Positions 28,979-39,840 of a stretch of DNA of 64,000 nt are shown one piece after another. How positions within the stretch are numbered: the first letter of the stretch is position 1; each line of letters begins with the position of its first letter. The notes under the pieces are model-generated. The model was not told the DNA's origin. It saw nothing but the letters and a program-made list of their open reading frames with translations, and searched no databases. Source of the stretch: Candidatus Marinacidobacterales bacterium (lineage in GTDB: Bacteria; Acidobacteriota; Vicinamibacteria; Marinacidobacterales; DATDRI01). The translations under genes were made by a program, and so were the position numbers. The DNA is taken from the NCBI GenBank assembly GCA_965226495.1, contig OZ245365.1, positions 5,440,001-5,504,000 of the forward strand, given 5' to 3'.

Positions 28979-29863
28979 CTATCGAGCGCGCCAGGACGCC
29001 GGGCTCGCCACTTTCTTGTAAGCGTAAACCATCACATCTTGAAACCTGCCCGGTTGCATCGGCGTCCGGACATCTCCGCGCACCTGGTATCCGAACCCTC
29101 CACTTTCTAGGAAACCCAGAAAATCCGCCAAGCGGTCCTCCCCCGGATCGAGATGGTGATGATACTCGATGGCCATTTGGCGGATGAAGTTACTCTTTCC
29201 CGACTCGACGAGCTCACCTATGACTTGGGACTCAGCTCCTTCGATGTCGATCTTGAGGAGATCAACGGGCTTGTCAACGTATTCCGAGAGTCGCACCGAA
29301 GGAACCCTTAATGGCTGCGTCGAGTTTCTTTTGGGAACCACGCTCCCCGTTCCTGCGCCTGGCCCCTGTGGGTCGGAGTAGAACTCGACGACGCCTTCCG
29401 TGTTCGAGACTGCCTTGTTTACTAACGTGACGTCTTCAAAACCGTTCGCTTCGACGTTACGCTTCAGCAAGGAGAAGATCTCGGGGTCGGGCTCGAAGGC
29501 GAGGATTTTGCACCCAGGGTAGATTCGCTTGAAGAAGAGGATGGACATACCGAGATTCGCGCCACAGTCCACGATGAAGGGTTGGGCCGTAGTACTCGAA
29601 AAGAGATAGTCTCTCGTCAAGAATACTTCGATGAAGATGTACCGCAAAAGACGATAATCGAAGAACTCAATCTGGGCGCCCAGAATTCGCTTGCGGCGCG
29701 GCCGGCCATCGGCCGCAGGCTTGAGAACAGAGCGGAGCTCGAGACCCAAGTAACAGGCCAACGTCCTGAGCCGGCCATCCGCGGGGTCGTCGCGCAGGAT
29801 TTTTGGACCTAGGCGCAGAATTCTTGATACCGCTCGTTGGGTATCATCGAGCCATTCAGGCAT
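28979..29863 (-). CDS. FkbM family methyltransferase
   Basis: IVDCGANLG, AFEPDP, LLKIDIEGAE, IEYH. Confidence 0.9.
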   Translation of the reverse strand: MPEWLDDTQRAVSRILRLGPKILRDDPADGRLRTLACYLGLELRSVLKPAADGRPRRKRILGAQIEFFDYRLLRYIFIEVFLTRDYLFSSTTAQPFIVDCGANLGMSILFFKRIYPGCKILAFEPDPEIFSLLKRNVEANGFEDVTLVNKAVSNTEGVVEFYSDPQGPGAGTGSVVPKRNSTQPLRVPSVRLSEYVDKPVDLLKIDIEGAESQVIGELVESGKSNFIRQMAIEYHHHLDPGEDRLADFLGFLESGGFGYQVRGDVRTPMQPGRFQDVMVYAYKKVASPASWRAR

Positions 29864-29949
29864 AGGAATTATGAAGAGTGCCACGAAGAGAATAGACCGG
29901 AGCGTAGGGCAAAGCCAAGCGAGCTCGGGGACGAACTACGCGGGCGCGA

Positions 29950-30525
29950 TCAGCCGGTGCGTTTTTCGAATGAGGAGATCTCGGCTTCCTGATCCAGCAG
30001 AAGATCGAGCTCGTCCTTGCCCTGGAGCAAGCAGTGACGCGAGAAAGCATCGATGGGAAATCGGACCTCTTTGCCGCTAGGCAACTTCATGGACTGCGCC
30101 TCTAGATCTATGACGAGCTCCACACCGGGATCGTCCATCAGAGCCCGATGCGTATCCTCGTCCACGACGACCGGTAGGAGTCCGTTCTTGAGTGCATTGT
30201 TGCAGAAGATGTCGGCGAACCGCGTGCTCACGACAGCGCGGAAACCGAAATCGAAGAGCGCCCAGGGGGCGTGCTCACGGGACGAGCCGCATCCGAAGTT
30301 GTCTCCCGCAACTAGAATCTGAGCGCCTCTTGTATTGGCTTGGTTCAGGACGAAATCGGGCTTGGGATTTCCCTGTCCGTCATACCGCCAATCTGCAAAG
30401 AGTTTTTCGCCGAGTCCATCCTTGTTGGTGACGGTCAGGAATCGGGCTGGAATTATTTGGTCGGTATCGACGTTCGTCGCCGGCAGGACGACGGTGCGCG
30501 ATTTGACGACCCGGATCGATTCCAT
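29950..30525 (-). CDS. leuD: 3-isopropylmalate dehydratase small subunit
   Basis: [28 protein letters not shown]. Confidence 0.96.
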   Translation of the reverse strand: MESIRVVKSRTVVLPATNVDTDQIIPARFLTVTNKDGLGEKLFADWRYDGQGNPKPDFVLNQANTRGAQILVAGDNFGCGSSREHAPWALFDFGFRAVVSTRFADIFCNNALKNGLLPVVVDEDTHRALMDDPGVELVIDLEAQSMKLPSGKEVRFPIDAFSRHCLLQGKDELDLLLDQEAEISSFEKRTG

Positions 30526-30527
30526 GG

Positions 30528-31979
30528 TCAGCCCAGGATCTCTCGCGCGTCCGCAATTTGTCCGGTGACCGCGGTGGCGGCTGCGGTAAGCGGACTGGCC
30601 AAAAACGTTCGCGCTCCGGTTCCCTGACGCCCTTCGAAGTTCCGATTGCTGGTGCTCACCACGTATTGACCCGGCTCGACGCGGTCGCCGTTCATGGCGA
30701 TGCACATCGAGCAGCCTGGCTCGCGCCACTCGGCTCCGGCATCTCGGAAGATCCGATCGAGACCTTCCGCTTCGGCCTGCTTTTTTACTTGTCGAGAGCC
30801 GGCGACGACCAGAGCACGCACACCCGACGCCACTTTCCGGCCTTGGAACACGCTCGCCGCAAGACGCAGATCGGAGATTCGAGCGTTGGTGCAGCTGCCG
30901 ATAAAAACAACTTCCACCGGATGGCCGAGCAGCACTTGTCCCGGCTTGAGACCCATGTAGCGAAGGGCTTTATCCGTCGCAGGATCAGAACCCGGTTCGG
31001 GCAGCGGTGAGCGCAGCGGTAACGCCATCCCGGGATTGGTTCCGTACGTAATCATCGGCTGCAATTGCGCAACATCGATGCCAACTTCACGATCGAAGCG
31101 GGCGGCCTTGTCACTTGGTAGCTGTCGCCAGCGCGCCACCGCTTCGTCCCATGCGGCCTCCTTGGGAGCAAGCGGACGACCCGCGAGATATTCGAACGTC
31201 GTCTCGTCGGGCGCCATCATGCCCGCCCGCGCTCCACCTTCGATGGACATGTTGCAAACCGTCATCCGCTCTTCCATCGAAAGGGTGCGCACACAGGAGC
31301 CTCTATACTCGAAGACATGACCGGTGCCCCCATGGACCCCAATCTTGGCGATGATAGCCAGTATCAAGTCCTTGGCGGTCACTCCGACCGGGAGAGCTCC
31401 ATCCAGATGGATCGCGAACGTCTTAGGCCTTCGCTGCAGCAGGCACTGACTCGCCAACACATGTCCCACTTCCGTGGTGCCAATGCCGAAAGCCAGAGCC
31501 CCAAATGCTCCGTGCGTGCTCGTGTGGCTATCCCCGCAAACGATCGTCATTCCCGGCTGAGTAAGCCCCTGCTCGGGTCCGATAACGTGCACGATGCCCT
31601 GTTGCTCATGGCCCAGCGGGAAGAGACGGACACCAAACTCCTCACAGTTGTGCTGGAGTTGTCGTACCTGAGCTTCCGTCTGTGGACTGGAAAAGACGAC
31701 CCGGCCGTCCTTTTCGGGAGGAGTCGTCGGCGTCGAGTGATCCATCGTCGCCACGGTCCGCTCCGGGCGGCGAACAGGCAAGCTCCTTCGGCGCAGCGTC
31801 TCGAAAGCTTGAGGGGACGTGACCTCGTGAACTAAATGAAGATCGACGTAGAGAAGCGCAGGGATATCTTCGGTTTCCGAACGAACGAGGTGAGAGTCCC
31901 AGACCTTACCGAAGAGCGTACGGTTGGTGCCGCTCTCTTGTTCCTTCTCCAAGCTCTCCGTGTTAGCGGCTGGCGACAT
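30528..31979 (-). CDS. leuC: 3-isopropylmalate dehydratase large subunit
   Basis: [51 protein letters not shown]. Confidence 0.96.
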   Translation of the reverse strand: MSPAANTESLEKEQESGTNRTLFGKVWDSHLVRSETEDIPALLYVDLHLVHEVTSPQAFETLRRRSLPVRRPERTVATMDHSTPTTPPEKDGRVVFSSPQTEAQVRQLQHNCEEFGVRLFPLGHEQQGIVHVIGPEQGLTQPGMTIVCGDSHTSTHGAFGALAFGIGTTEVGHVLASQCLLQRRPKTFAIHLDGALPVGVTAKDLILAIIAKIGVHGGTGHVFEYRGSCVRTLSMEERMTVCNMSIEGGARAGMMAPDETTFEYLAGRPLAPKEAAWDEAVARWRQLPSDKAARFDREVGIDVAQLQPMITYGTNPGMALPLRSPLPEPGSDPATDKALRYMGLKPGQVLLGHPVEVVFIGSCTNARISDLRLAASVFQGRKVASGVRALVVAGSRQVKKQAEAEGLDRIFRDAGAEWREPGCSMCIAMNGDRVEPGQYVVSTSNRNFEGRQGTGARTFLASPLTAAATAVTGQIADAREILG

Positions 31980-33522
31980 TGGCGAGCTCGATACTCCGGG
32001 CGCTCTCATTGGCTATGCGGTTTATCACCCTGAGAAAAGCGCGCGCGCTGGCCTCCATGATGTCTGGGCTGGCCGCACGACCCCGATGACGTTGCCCCCT
32101 ATGCTCGACTTCCACCGTAACCTCGCCCTGCGTGTCGGCTCCTGACCCAACGCTGCGGATCTGGTAGTCCTTGAGCTGGGCCTCGACGCAAGTCACGCGC
32201 TCGATGGCTTTGAACACCGCGTCGACTGGGCCCGCTCCACAGGCCGCCTCACGGCGTTGCTCACCGGTCGAGTGCTGGAGAAAGACCGTGGCGGTGGAAA
32301 CATCGGCGGTGCCGGTGCTCACGTGCAGATCCTTGATATCCCAGATGGCGGATACCTCCTCCATCCGGTTGTCGATGAGTGCCTCGATGTCGGCATCGTG
32401 GATATCCTTCTTTTTGTCGGCGACCTTCTTGAATTCTTTAAAGACGCTGTTGAGCTCCACTTCACTCAGGTGGTAGCCCATCTCTGCTAAGCGCTCCCGG
32501 AACGCGTGCCGACCGCTGTGCTTACCGAGCACCAGGTTGCTCTTGCTGAAGCCAACGTCTTCCGGCTTCATGATCTCGTAGGTCAGGCGATTCTGAAGGA
32601 CGCCGTGCTGGTGGATACCGGCCTCATGAGCGAAAGCGTTTTCCCCGACAATCGCCTTGTTGCGCTGCACGTGGATGCCGGTAACCTGTGCCACCAGCCG
32701 GCTGGTCGGATAGAGCCCCTTGGTTTGGATTCCGGTGGCGACATTGAAGTAGTCCCGCCGTGTCCGAATGGCCATGACCAGCTCTTCGAGAGAGCAATTA
32801 CCGGCGCGCTCACCGATTCCGTTGATGGTGCATTCGACTTGCCGGGCACCCTCGCTCACCGCCGCGAGACTGTTGGCAACGGCGAGGCCCAGGTCATTGT
32901 GACAATGGACGCTGATGATGGCGTCGTCGATGTTGCGTACATGCTGTTTGAGGTGCCGAATGAGACTGGCGAACTGCTCGGGCATCGCATAGCCCACCGT
33001 GTCCGGGATATTGACCGTACCCGCCCCGGCTTCGATAGCTTTCTCGACGACTTCCGACAAAAAATCCGGCTCGGTACGCGCCGCATCTTCGGGAGAGAAC
33101 TCCACGTCTTCACAGTACTCACGAGCCCGCTGCACGCTCTCGACCGCCCGTCGGACGATCTCTTCCTTCGCCATCTGGAGCTTGAACTCCCGATGAATAG
33201 CACTCGTTGCCAGGAAAACATGGATGCGAGCCCGAGGTGCGTCGCGCAATGCGTCCCATGCGCGGTCGATGTCCTCGTTGTTGCAACGAGCGAGGCCGGC
33301 GATGGTCGGACCTTCCACCTCTCGAGCGATCGCTCGCACCGCTTCGAAGTCTCCAGGCGATGCAATCGGGAAACCACCCTCGATGATATCGACGCCGAGG
33401 TCGCGAAGCGCGCGCGCAACCTGGAGCTTTTCCTCCAAGTTCATGCTGGCGCCGGGAGACTGTTCGCCGTCCCTCAGGGTGGTGTCGAAAATGATGACTC
33501 GATTCGAAGCGTCTTTCTTCAT
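31963..33522 (-). CDS. leuA: 2-isopropylmalate synthase
   Basis: [37 protein letters not shown]-terminal regulatory domain. Confidence 0.96.
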   Translation of the reverse strand: MKKDASNRVIIFDTTLRDGEQSPGASMNLEEKLQVARALRDLGVDIIEGGFPIASPGDFEAVRAIAREVEGPTIAGLARCNNEDIDRAWDALRDAPRARIHVFLATSAIHREFKLQMAKEEIVRRAVESVQRAREYCEDVEFSPEDAARTEPDFLSEVVEKAIEAGAGTVNIPDTVGYAMPEQFASLIRHLKQHVRNIDDAIISVHCHNDLGLAVANSLAAVSEGARQVECTINGIGERAGNCSLEELVMAIRTRRDYFNVATGIQTKGLYPTSRLVAQVTGIHVQRNKAIVGENAFAHEAGIHQHGVLQNRLTYEIMKPEDVGFSKSNLVLGKHSGRHAFRERLAEMGYHLSEVELNSVFKEFKKVADKKKDIHDADIEALIDNRMEEVSAIWDIKDLHVSTGTADVSTATVFLQHSTGEQRREAACGAGPVDAVFKAIERVTCVEAQLKDYQIRSVGSGADTQGEVTVEVEHRGQRHRGRAASPDIMEASARAFLRVINRIANESARSIELANVASR

Positions 33523-33810
33523 CTCGTCGACTCTCTCGTTTGAAAGGAAGGGGAGGATCCGTTGGGAAGCATCCCACCACCTTAAGAAGTTAAAGTCCCG
33601 TTCTACCTAATCACCCTGCTGCCCCCAAGACCGTTCCATCCTTCGGACATCTTTCGTGCGCTTCCGCCCCCTCCAGAAGGGGTGTGAAGGCATCCAAACA
33701 CGCGTCTGAAGAAACCGGCAAAGCGACTTATCCCCATTATTATCAATTAAATAAGAGCACCCTGCGGTATGATTGTTACCGGCCGACCGGCTGGTTACTG
33801 ACCGCTCGGT

Positions 33811-33839
33811 AATGTACACCGGGACAGTGGAATTGTCAA
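33811..33839 (-). promoter_or_regulatory. sigma70 promoter of leuACD
   Basis: Minus strand TTGACA-N17-TACATT; overlaps the palindrome TTACTGACCGCTCGGTAA. Confidence 0.7.
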
Positions 33840-33853
33840 GCCGGTCGGGGCCC

Positions 33854-34858
33854 TCAGGGGAGGAAGGCTCGCGGGCCGGGCTGCTGGTGCCCGAGGATCG
33901 GATGGGGTCGGTAGGGGGCCTCGAGACGAGAGATCTCGTCATCGGTGAGGTTGATGTCCACCGCGGCCGCTAGCTCCTCCAAGTGCGAAACGCGAGTCGC
34001 ACCGACGATGGGGGCAGCGACACCTGGAACCGACAGGAGCCAGGCAAGCGCTACCTGAGCCGGCTTGAGCTCTCGCGCTTTGGCCACTCCTAGGAGAGCG
34101 TCGAGCACGTCGAAGTCTTCCTCTTTGAAGTACATCTCGTCAGCGTGCGAGTCAGACTCGCCTCGGCGAGTCGCCTTGCTCTCCCTCGTGCGGCTGCCGC
34201 TCAGGAATCCACGCGCCAGCGGGCTCCACGGAATGATTCCAACACCCTGATCCAAGCAGAGCGGAATCATCTCTCGCTCCTCCTCTCGGTAGACCAAGTT
34301 GTAATGGTTTTGCATGGCGACGAATCGGTGCCACCCGTTTCGATCGGCGGTAGTGAGAGCCTTCGCGAACTGCCAGGCCGCCATGCTGCTCGCACCGAGG
34401 TAGCGAACCTTACCGGCACCGACCAGTGAGTCCAAGGCATCGACGGTCTCCTCGATGGGAGTCGTCGGGTCCCACCGATGAATATGATATAGGTCGATGT
34501 AATCTAGCCCCAGTCTTTTTAGGGAAGCGTCGCAGGCTGAGATGACGCGCTTACGCGACAGGCCACCACGGTTCGGCCCCTCACTGAAAGGGAAGAAGAG
34601 CTTGGTGGCAAGGACGTAATTCTCGCGCCGCGCCATTTCTCGAAGATATTTCCCGGTAACTTCTTCACTTACACCATTGGAATACATATCCGCGGTATCG
34701 AAGAAGTTGATTCCGAGATCGAAGGCTTTCTTGAAGTGCTCGCGCGCTTCCTCGACTCCTAGGATCCACGGACGCCATTCCGGATCACCGTAGGTCATAC
34801 AGCCAAGGCTCAAGCGCGATACCTGGAGTCCCGTATTACCAAGATGAACGTATTTCAC
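33854..34858 (-). CDS. aldo/keto reductase
   Basis: LGCMTYG, FFDTADMYS, LATK, IDLYHIHRWD, QNHYNL, PWSPLARG. Confidence 0.93.
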   Translation of the reverse strand: MKYVHLGNTGLQVSRLSLGCMTYGDPEWRPWILGVEEAREHFKKAFDLGINFFDTADMYSNGVSEEVTGKYLREMARRENYVLATKLFFPFSEGPNRGGLSRKRVISACDASLKRLGLDYIDLYHIHRWDPTTPIEETVDALDSLVGAGKVRYLGASSMAAWQFAKALTTADRNGWHRFVAMQNHYNLVYREEEREMIPLCLDQGVGIIPWSPLARGFLSGSRTRESKATRRGESDSHADEMYFKEEDFDVLDALLGVAKARELKPAQVALAWLLSVPGVAAPIVGATRVSHLEELAAAVDINLTDDEISRLEAPYRPHPILGHQQPGPRAFLP

Positions 34859-34865
34859 TTCTGCG

Positions 34866-36821
34866 TCACTCCGTCTCCACTTTTTTGCCGAGAGTAAAAA
34901 GAACGCCGACCATGACGGCCACGCCCACTAGTATTGAGATCCATGGAGGAAGACCGTAAGCCGATGGTATATCGCCCACCAGGATCCCGACGATAGCTGC
35001 CAACAACGCATAAGGAAGCTGGGTGCGAACGTGGTCAACATGATCCGCCCCTGACGACATGGAGCTGAGGATTGTCGTATCCGAGATGGGTGAACAGTGG
35101 TCTCCGAAAACGGCTCCGGCCAGGACCGAGCTAACGGACCCCAACAATATGGTTTCTGCTTGGGCAGCGCTCAACTGCGCCTCGAGGCCGAGTGCGTTGG
35201 CGAGTGGGATGACCAGCGGCATGAGAATGGCCATCGTGGCCCAGCTCGTCCCCGTGGCGAAGCTCATCAGCGCAGCGATCAAGAATGTCAGAGAGGGAAT
35301 CCAGAAAGGGGAAAGGTTCCCCCGCATTTGCTGGATCAAGTAATCCGCGGTGTGTAGCTCCTCGGCCAGCGAACCGATAGACCAAGCAAGAACCAGAATG
35401 ACGATCCCCAGTAGGAGAAACTTCATACCTTGTAGCAGGGCGTCGATCGCTTGAGTAATGCTCAATATGCGCTGGGTGAGCGACAGGGCGATGGCTACGA
35501 CGCAGCCCGAAAGAGACGCCCAGAGCAACGCCACATAGGAGTCCGCATTGCTGACGATTTGGCCGAGGCCGTAATCACTGGCACCGTCTGCGTGCAAGGT
35601 TTGCGTTCCAGTCCAATAGATCCCGAACATGCCTACCAAAACAATGGATATGATTGGGACCAACCCGTTGTACCACCGTGCCGGCGCGTCGCTGCCGAGC
35701 TCCGGAGTATCTTCGTTAATCTCCATGACCGGCTGAGCACCGTCGCGCAGCACCTTGCCCGTCCGGCGCGCCCGACGCTCCGCGGTAAGCATGGGTCCAA
35801 AGTCTCTGCCGGTGGAGGCTATGAGGAAGGCGAGAACCAGCGCGAAGATGGGGTAGAAGCGATACGGTATGCTGCGAATGAACACCGCATAGGCGTCGAG
35901 CGGTGAATCGATCATCTTTAGCGCCTGCTGGATCAAGCCGACCTCGTAACCGATCCAGGTGGAGATGAGGAAAAGGCTCGCTACCGTCGCCGCTCCGGTA
36001 TCTACGTAAAAAGACAGTTTTTCTCTCGAGATTCGCAGTTTATCGGTAATCGGACGCAACAGGTTGCCGCGAATGAGCACGTTCGAGTAATCGTCGAAAA
36101 ACAAGACGATGGCCGTGGCCCAAGCAGCGAGCTCACCGCCGCGTGCAGTTTTCGCGTAACGAGTGATAACGTTCGCGATTCCCCTCGCTCCACCGTTACG
36201 GGCAATGAGCCCCATAACGCCGCCGAAGAGCATGCTGAACAGCATGATCTGAACATTGGTCCTGTTGGTCATGGAGTTGACGATGTAATGGTCCAAGACA
36301 CGAAAGAACCCACCTATGACGTCGAAGTCGAAAACGAATACAGCACCCAACCAAATACCCGAATAGAGTGAGATCACCACCTGACGAAAAATGAGCGCCA
36401 TGGCGATGGCGAGTATCGGGGGGAGAATACTGAGGACACCCGGAATGACTCGCAGCGTCTTGCTCGAAGAAACTTCCCCGTCTCTTACCTCGAGCTCCGA
36501 GGTTCCACTCTTGCCAACAACCGCATCGGTGATGAGGAGCTTCCCACCCTCGAAGATCGCGTCGATCTGTCCGTCGGGCCGTCGGTCAGGATCGTCACGT
36601 TCGATCCCGGTCACCGTGGGAACACCCTCATACCCGGGGATCACCGCTCCTTCGGCATCCACCGCTTGGATCTCGACCGCGAATCGCACTCCGGCGAGAA
36701 CGAGCTCAGGTGCTTCGATCTCGAAACCCGCCACGGCTGGCTCCTGCGCCTCGGAGGGGCTCGCGAACCACACCGTCGCGAGCAGAAACGGAAGAGAACC
36801 GCCAAGCATCGACTTCTTCAT
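34866..36821 (-). CDS. NhaC-family transporter with an N-terminal extracytoplasmic domain
   Basis: FFDDYSN, SREKL, FATGTSW, GAVFGDHCSPISDTT, DHVRTQLPY. Confidence 0.88.
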   Translation of the reverse strand: MKKSMLGGSLPFLLATVWFASPSEAQEPAVAGFEIEAPELVLAGVRFAVEIQAVDAEGAVIPGYEGVPTVTGIERDDPDRRPDGQIDAIFEGGKLLITDAVVGKSGTSELEVRDGEVSSSKTLRVIPGVLSILPPILAIAMALIFRQVVISLYSGIWLGAVFVFDFDVIGGFFRVLDHYIVNSMTNRTNVQIMLFSMLFGGVMGLIARNGGARGIANVITRYAKTARGGELAAWATAIVLFFDDYSNVLIRGNLLRPITDKLRISREKLSFYVDTGAATVASLFLISTWIGYEVGLIQQALKMIDSPLDAYAVFIRSIPYRFYPIFALVLAFLIASTGRDFGPMLTAERRARRTGKVLRDGAQPVMEINEDTPELGSDAPARWYNGLVPIISIVLVGMFGIYWTGTQTLHADGASDYGLGQIVSNADSYVALLWASLSGCVVAIALSLTQRILSITQAIDALLQGMKFLLLGIVILVLAWSIGSLAEELHTADYLIQQMRGNLSPFWIPSLTFLIAALMSFATGTSWATMAILMPLVIPLANALGLEAQLSAAQAETILLGSVSSVLAGAVFGDHCSPISDTTILSSMSSGADHVDHVRTQLPYALLAAIVGILVGDIPSAYGLPPWISILVGVAVMVGVLFTLGKKVETE

Positions 36822-36843
36822 GCCTGCTGGAGTCCTTTCTGCG

Positions 36844-37614
36844 CTATGCGCTCATACCGAAGTGGGTTTGGAGCGCCTCTTCCCATTCAGCCCGCTCGCG
36901 AATGGGGGTTTCTTGCTTGGTGCTTCCGTGGGTCGTGACGAGTCGATCGGGCAGGAGCGTGACCCGTCCGTCCTCAGTCGCCTTCGAGCAGATCGTGTTT
37001 TGAGTGAAATGGGAATGAGGCGACGTCTGGTGATAGTGGCAACCGTCGGTGAAGTCCTCGAGCTTCCGAGGTTCCATGGTGAAGCGGTACTGGGGCTGGA
37101 AGATTGCCGCACCTTCGAGCTGCCGGTCCAAGAACCACCAGGCTTCATTTTGAGACTGTTGGGGCTGTTGGCGTAGCCGATAGACGTGGCCAAGCTGCTC
37201 TACCTCTGCACCGGCTTCCAAAACGAGCGGATGGCGAAAAGAGTCCCCGAAACCAACGTCGGCCAGAATCGGGCGATCGAGCTCCACGCGGAGGGTCATA
37301 TGGTCGAACGGGATCCCCCATGTGCCGTCCGGCTTCGCCACTTCGGCGGACAGGACGCGGACCTCGAAGCCAAGATGTCGCAGGAGCCAGGCAAAGGCGG
37401 TGTTGAGCTCGTAGCAAAAACCTCCGCGGCCGGCGGTCACGATCTTTCGGAGAATTTTCTCTTCGTCCAATTCGATCGGTACACCCCGCTGAATATCGAG
37501 GTTCTCGAAGGGAATCGTAAAGAGATGGCGCTCATGGACCCGGTGAAGCAAGTCCAGGTCGGGTTCCCCGGGGCTTTCGATGTCGAGTCGGCTCAGGTAG
37601 CTTTGAACATCCAT
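36844..37614 (-). CDS. arylamine N-acetyltransferase
   Basis: IPFENLD, RGGFCYELN, DHM, ADVGFG. Confidence 0.93.
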   Translation of the reverse strand: MDVQSYLSRLDIESPGEPDLDLLHRVHERHLFTIPFENLDIQRGVPIELDEEKILRKIVTAGRGGFCYELNTAFAWLLRHLGFEVRVLSAEVAKPDGTWGIPFDHMTLRVELDRPILADVGFGDSFRHPLVLEAGAEVEQLGHVYRLRQQPQQSQNEAWWFLDRQLEGAAIFQPQYRFTMEPRKLEDFTDGCHYHQTSPHSHFTQNTICSKATEDGRVTLLPDRLVTTHGSTKQETPIRERAEWEEALQTHFGMSA

Positions 37615-37760
37615 CGGGATTCCAGGAGCGCCGGCATCATACCGACCCCCGGGGCCGCATGTCCAGCCCTCTCAGGGGCTTCCGACGACGGACCGCAGCA
37701 TCCTTGAGCGAACGAACCTGGGCGAGAGATACTATGACGGTCCGATTGGTTGGGACACCC

Positions 37761-38813
37761 ATGAAACGCCGAAACCGACGCTCCAGCAAGCCAAAGACCG
37801 GTCCCTCTCTGTGGGAGCACCTGCCAGAAAAGGATCTTCTTGCGCTGAGGCTGAGGGACCTAGGTCTCACGATCGAAGGTACGGCACTCAAGGAACGGAT
37901 CGAGCAAGTGTGTCGGGAGCTTCAGGACCGGGGCATCCGTTTCCGACCCCACTTTTGGCTTTCCGACGACTGGTTTACGCCGGACGGCGTTCCCGGAATC
38001 GCCATCCCTTTCTACCTAGCACACCCTCGGCTCGTCCAACTCGAGCGGGCGAAGATGCTCGAAGTGGAAGGTGGGACGCCCCGATCCTGCCTCCGCATCC
38101 TCAGACACGAGGCCGGGCACGCCATCGACAACGCGTACCGCCTGAGACGACGACGACGACGTATCGAGCTCTTCGGAAAATCGTCGGAGCCGTACCCTGA
38201 CTATTACTCTCCTCGTCCCTACAGCAAGAGCTACGTGATCCATTTGGATTCGTGGTATGCGCAGAGCCATCCGGACGAAGACTTCGCCGAGACGTTCGCG
38301 GTCTGGCTGGATCCCGAAGCCGAGTGGCGCAAGAGGTATTCGGGTTGGCGCGCGCTGGCAAAACTGGAGTACATGGACGAGCTCCTACGGGAGGTCGTTT
38401 CGATCAAACCGAAGGTCACGACCCGTCGCCGGCTGGATCCTCTGTCTCGCCTCCGCAAAACCTTGGGCAAGCATTACGAGGAGAAGCGCGAGCGCTATCA
38501 GGTGGACTATCCGACTTTCTATGATCGAGACCTCAGGCAACTTTTCTCGGACGCCCCCGAGCACCAGACCAATACGCCTGCCGCGACTTTTCTGTCCAAA
38601 AAGCGAAAGGAAGTCCGGCGCACCGTCGCGCGGTGGACGGGAGCTTACCAGTACACTATCGACCAAGTGCTGGGAGACATGATAAGACGCTGCCGGGAGC
38701 TAAAGCTGCGGATTGCGAAACCGGAGTCTGAAACGACCTTTGATTTTACTGTCCTTCTCACCGTACAAACCATGAACTATCTTCACAGTGGCCGGCATCG
38801 ATTGAGTCTATGA
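37761..38813 (+). CDS. putative zinc-binding metallopeptidase
   Basis: LRHEAGHA (HExxH), YAQSHPDEDFAETFAVW. Confidence 0.85.
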   Translation: MKRRNRRSSKPKTGPSLWEHLPEKDLLALRLRDLGLTIEGTALKERIEQVCRELQDRGIRFRPHFWLSDDWFTPDGVPGIAIPFYLAHPRLVQLERAKMLEVEGGTPRSCLRILRHEAGHAIDNAYRLRRRRRRIELFGKSSEPYPDYYSPRPYSKSYVIHLDSWYAQSHPDEDFAETFAVWLDPEAEWRKRYSGWRALAKLEYMDELLREVVSIKPKVTTRRRLDPLSRLRKTLGKHYEEKRERYQVDYPTFYDRDLRQLFSDAPEHQTNTPAATFLSKKRKEVRRTVARWTGAYQYTIDQVLGDMIRRCRELKLRIAKPESETTFDFTVLLTVQTMNYLHSGRHRLSL

Positions 38814-39832
38814 AAACTTGTCGCATCCTGGCGCTCATGCACGAGGGCCTGGTTCCACCCGATGATGTTCGCGGCCACGACGTCGCAACCGTTGAATGGA
38901 AGATGGAGTATGACGTCATTAGTTCCTTGGAAGCGATCGGGCATGAGGTTCACCCATTGGGAGTGGGCAGTGATCTAGGCGCGATCCGAAAAGCCATTCA
39001 CGAGTTCAAGCCCCACATCGTCTTCAACCTATTGGAGGACTTCGACGATGTCGCCATCTACGACCAGAACGTTGTCAGCTATCTCGAGCTCATCAAGATA
39101 CCCTACACCGGCTGTAACCCACGGGGCTTGATGCTGGCCCGGGACAAAGCGATCTCCAAGCAACTTCTCACGTACCACCGCGTCGCTGTTCCCGACTTCC
39201 ACGTCTTCCGGCGGCGAAAAGCGATCCGAAAACCGAAACGACTATCCTTCCCCCTGATCGTCAAGTCTCTTATTCTTGAAGGCTCGGCAGGTATCTCGCA
39301 GGCTTCTGTGGTCGAAGACGAGGAGCGACTCAAAGAAAGGGTCGAGTTTATCCACGACACCTTCGAAACCGACGCGATCGTGGAGCATTACATCGATGGA
39401 CGAGAGTTTTACGTTGGCGTGATGGGCAACCAACGCCTACAAGTGCTCCCGGTGTGGGAGCTTCGTTTCACGAAGCTGGCCGACGACGTGCGCCCCATCG
39501 CGACCGGCCGGGTCAAGTGGAACACCCGCTACCAGAAAAAACACGGAGTGAGGACGGGAGCGGTCAAGGACCTGCCAGAGGAAAAACGAGAAGCGATACA
39601 ACATTTGTGCAAACGTGTTTACCGGATACTGGGTCTCAACGGGTACGCGCGGCTCGATCTGAGAGTCGACAAGAATGGCAAAGTCCACGTCCTGGAGGCA
39701 AATCCGAACCCCCAACTGGCTTACGGCGAAGATTTCGCCGAATCGGCGGAAATGGCCGGCATCAGCTACGAAGAGCTCATGCAGCGTATAATCACCCTAG
39801 GGCGGCGATGGCAGCCGGAGCGCTATCGCTGA
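38810..39832 (+). CDS. ATP-grasp ligase (D-Ala-D-Ala ligase-like)
   Basis: PYTG, DKAISK, IVK...GSAGI, YIDGREF, ARLDLR, LEANPNP; overlaps the upstream stop. Confidence 0.88.
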   Translation: MKTCRILALMHEGLVPPDDVRGHDVATVEWKMEYDVISSLEAIGHEVHPLGVGSDLGAIRKAIHEFKPHIVFNLLEDFDDVAIYDQNVVSYLELIKIPYTGCNPRGLMLARDKAISKQLLTYHRVAVPDFHVFRRRKAIRKPKRLSFPLIVKSLILEGSAGISQASVVEDEERLKERVEFIHDTFETDAIVEHYIDGREFYVGVMGNQRLQVLPVWELRFTKLADDVRPIATGRVKWNTRYQKKHGVRTGAVKDLPEEKREAIQHLCKRVYRILGLNGYARLDLRVDKNGKVHVLEANPNPQLAYGEDFAESAEMAGISYEELMQRIITLGRRWQPERYR

Positions 39833-39840
39833 CGATCAAC

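Noticed and set aside
33523-33810. Leucine attenuator, T-box or known riboswitch
   Set aside because: No Leu-rich leader peptide or recognisable riboswitch consensus was found by eye.
39454-39840. N-terminal extensions given by the ORF track (CocE, HPr kinase-like, leuD, amidohydrolase, EVE, MUG)
   Set aside because: They overlap neighbouring genes or terminators; downstream starts with an RBS, a signal peptide or translational coupling fit better.
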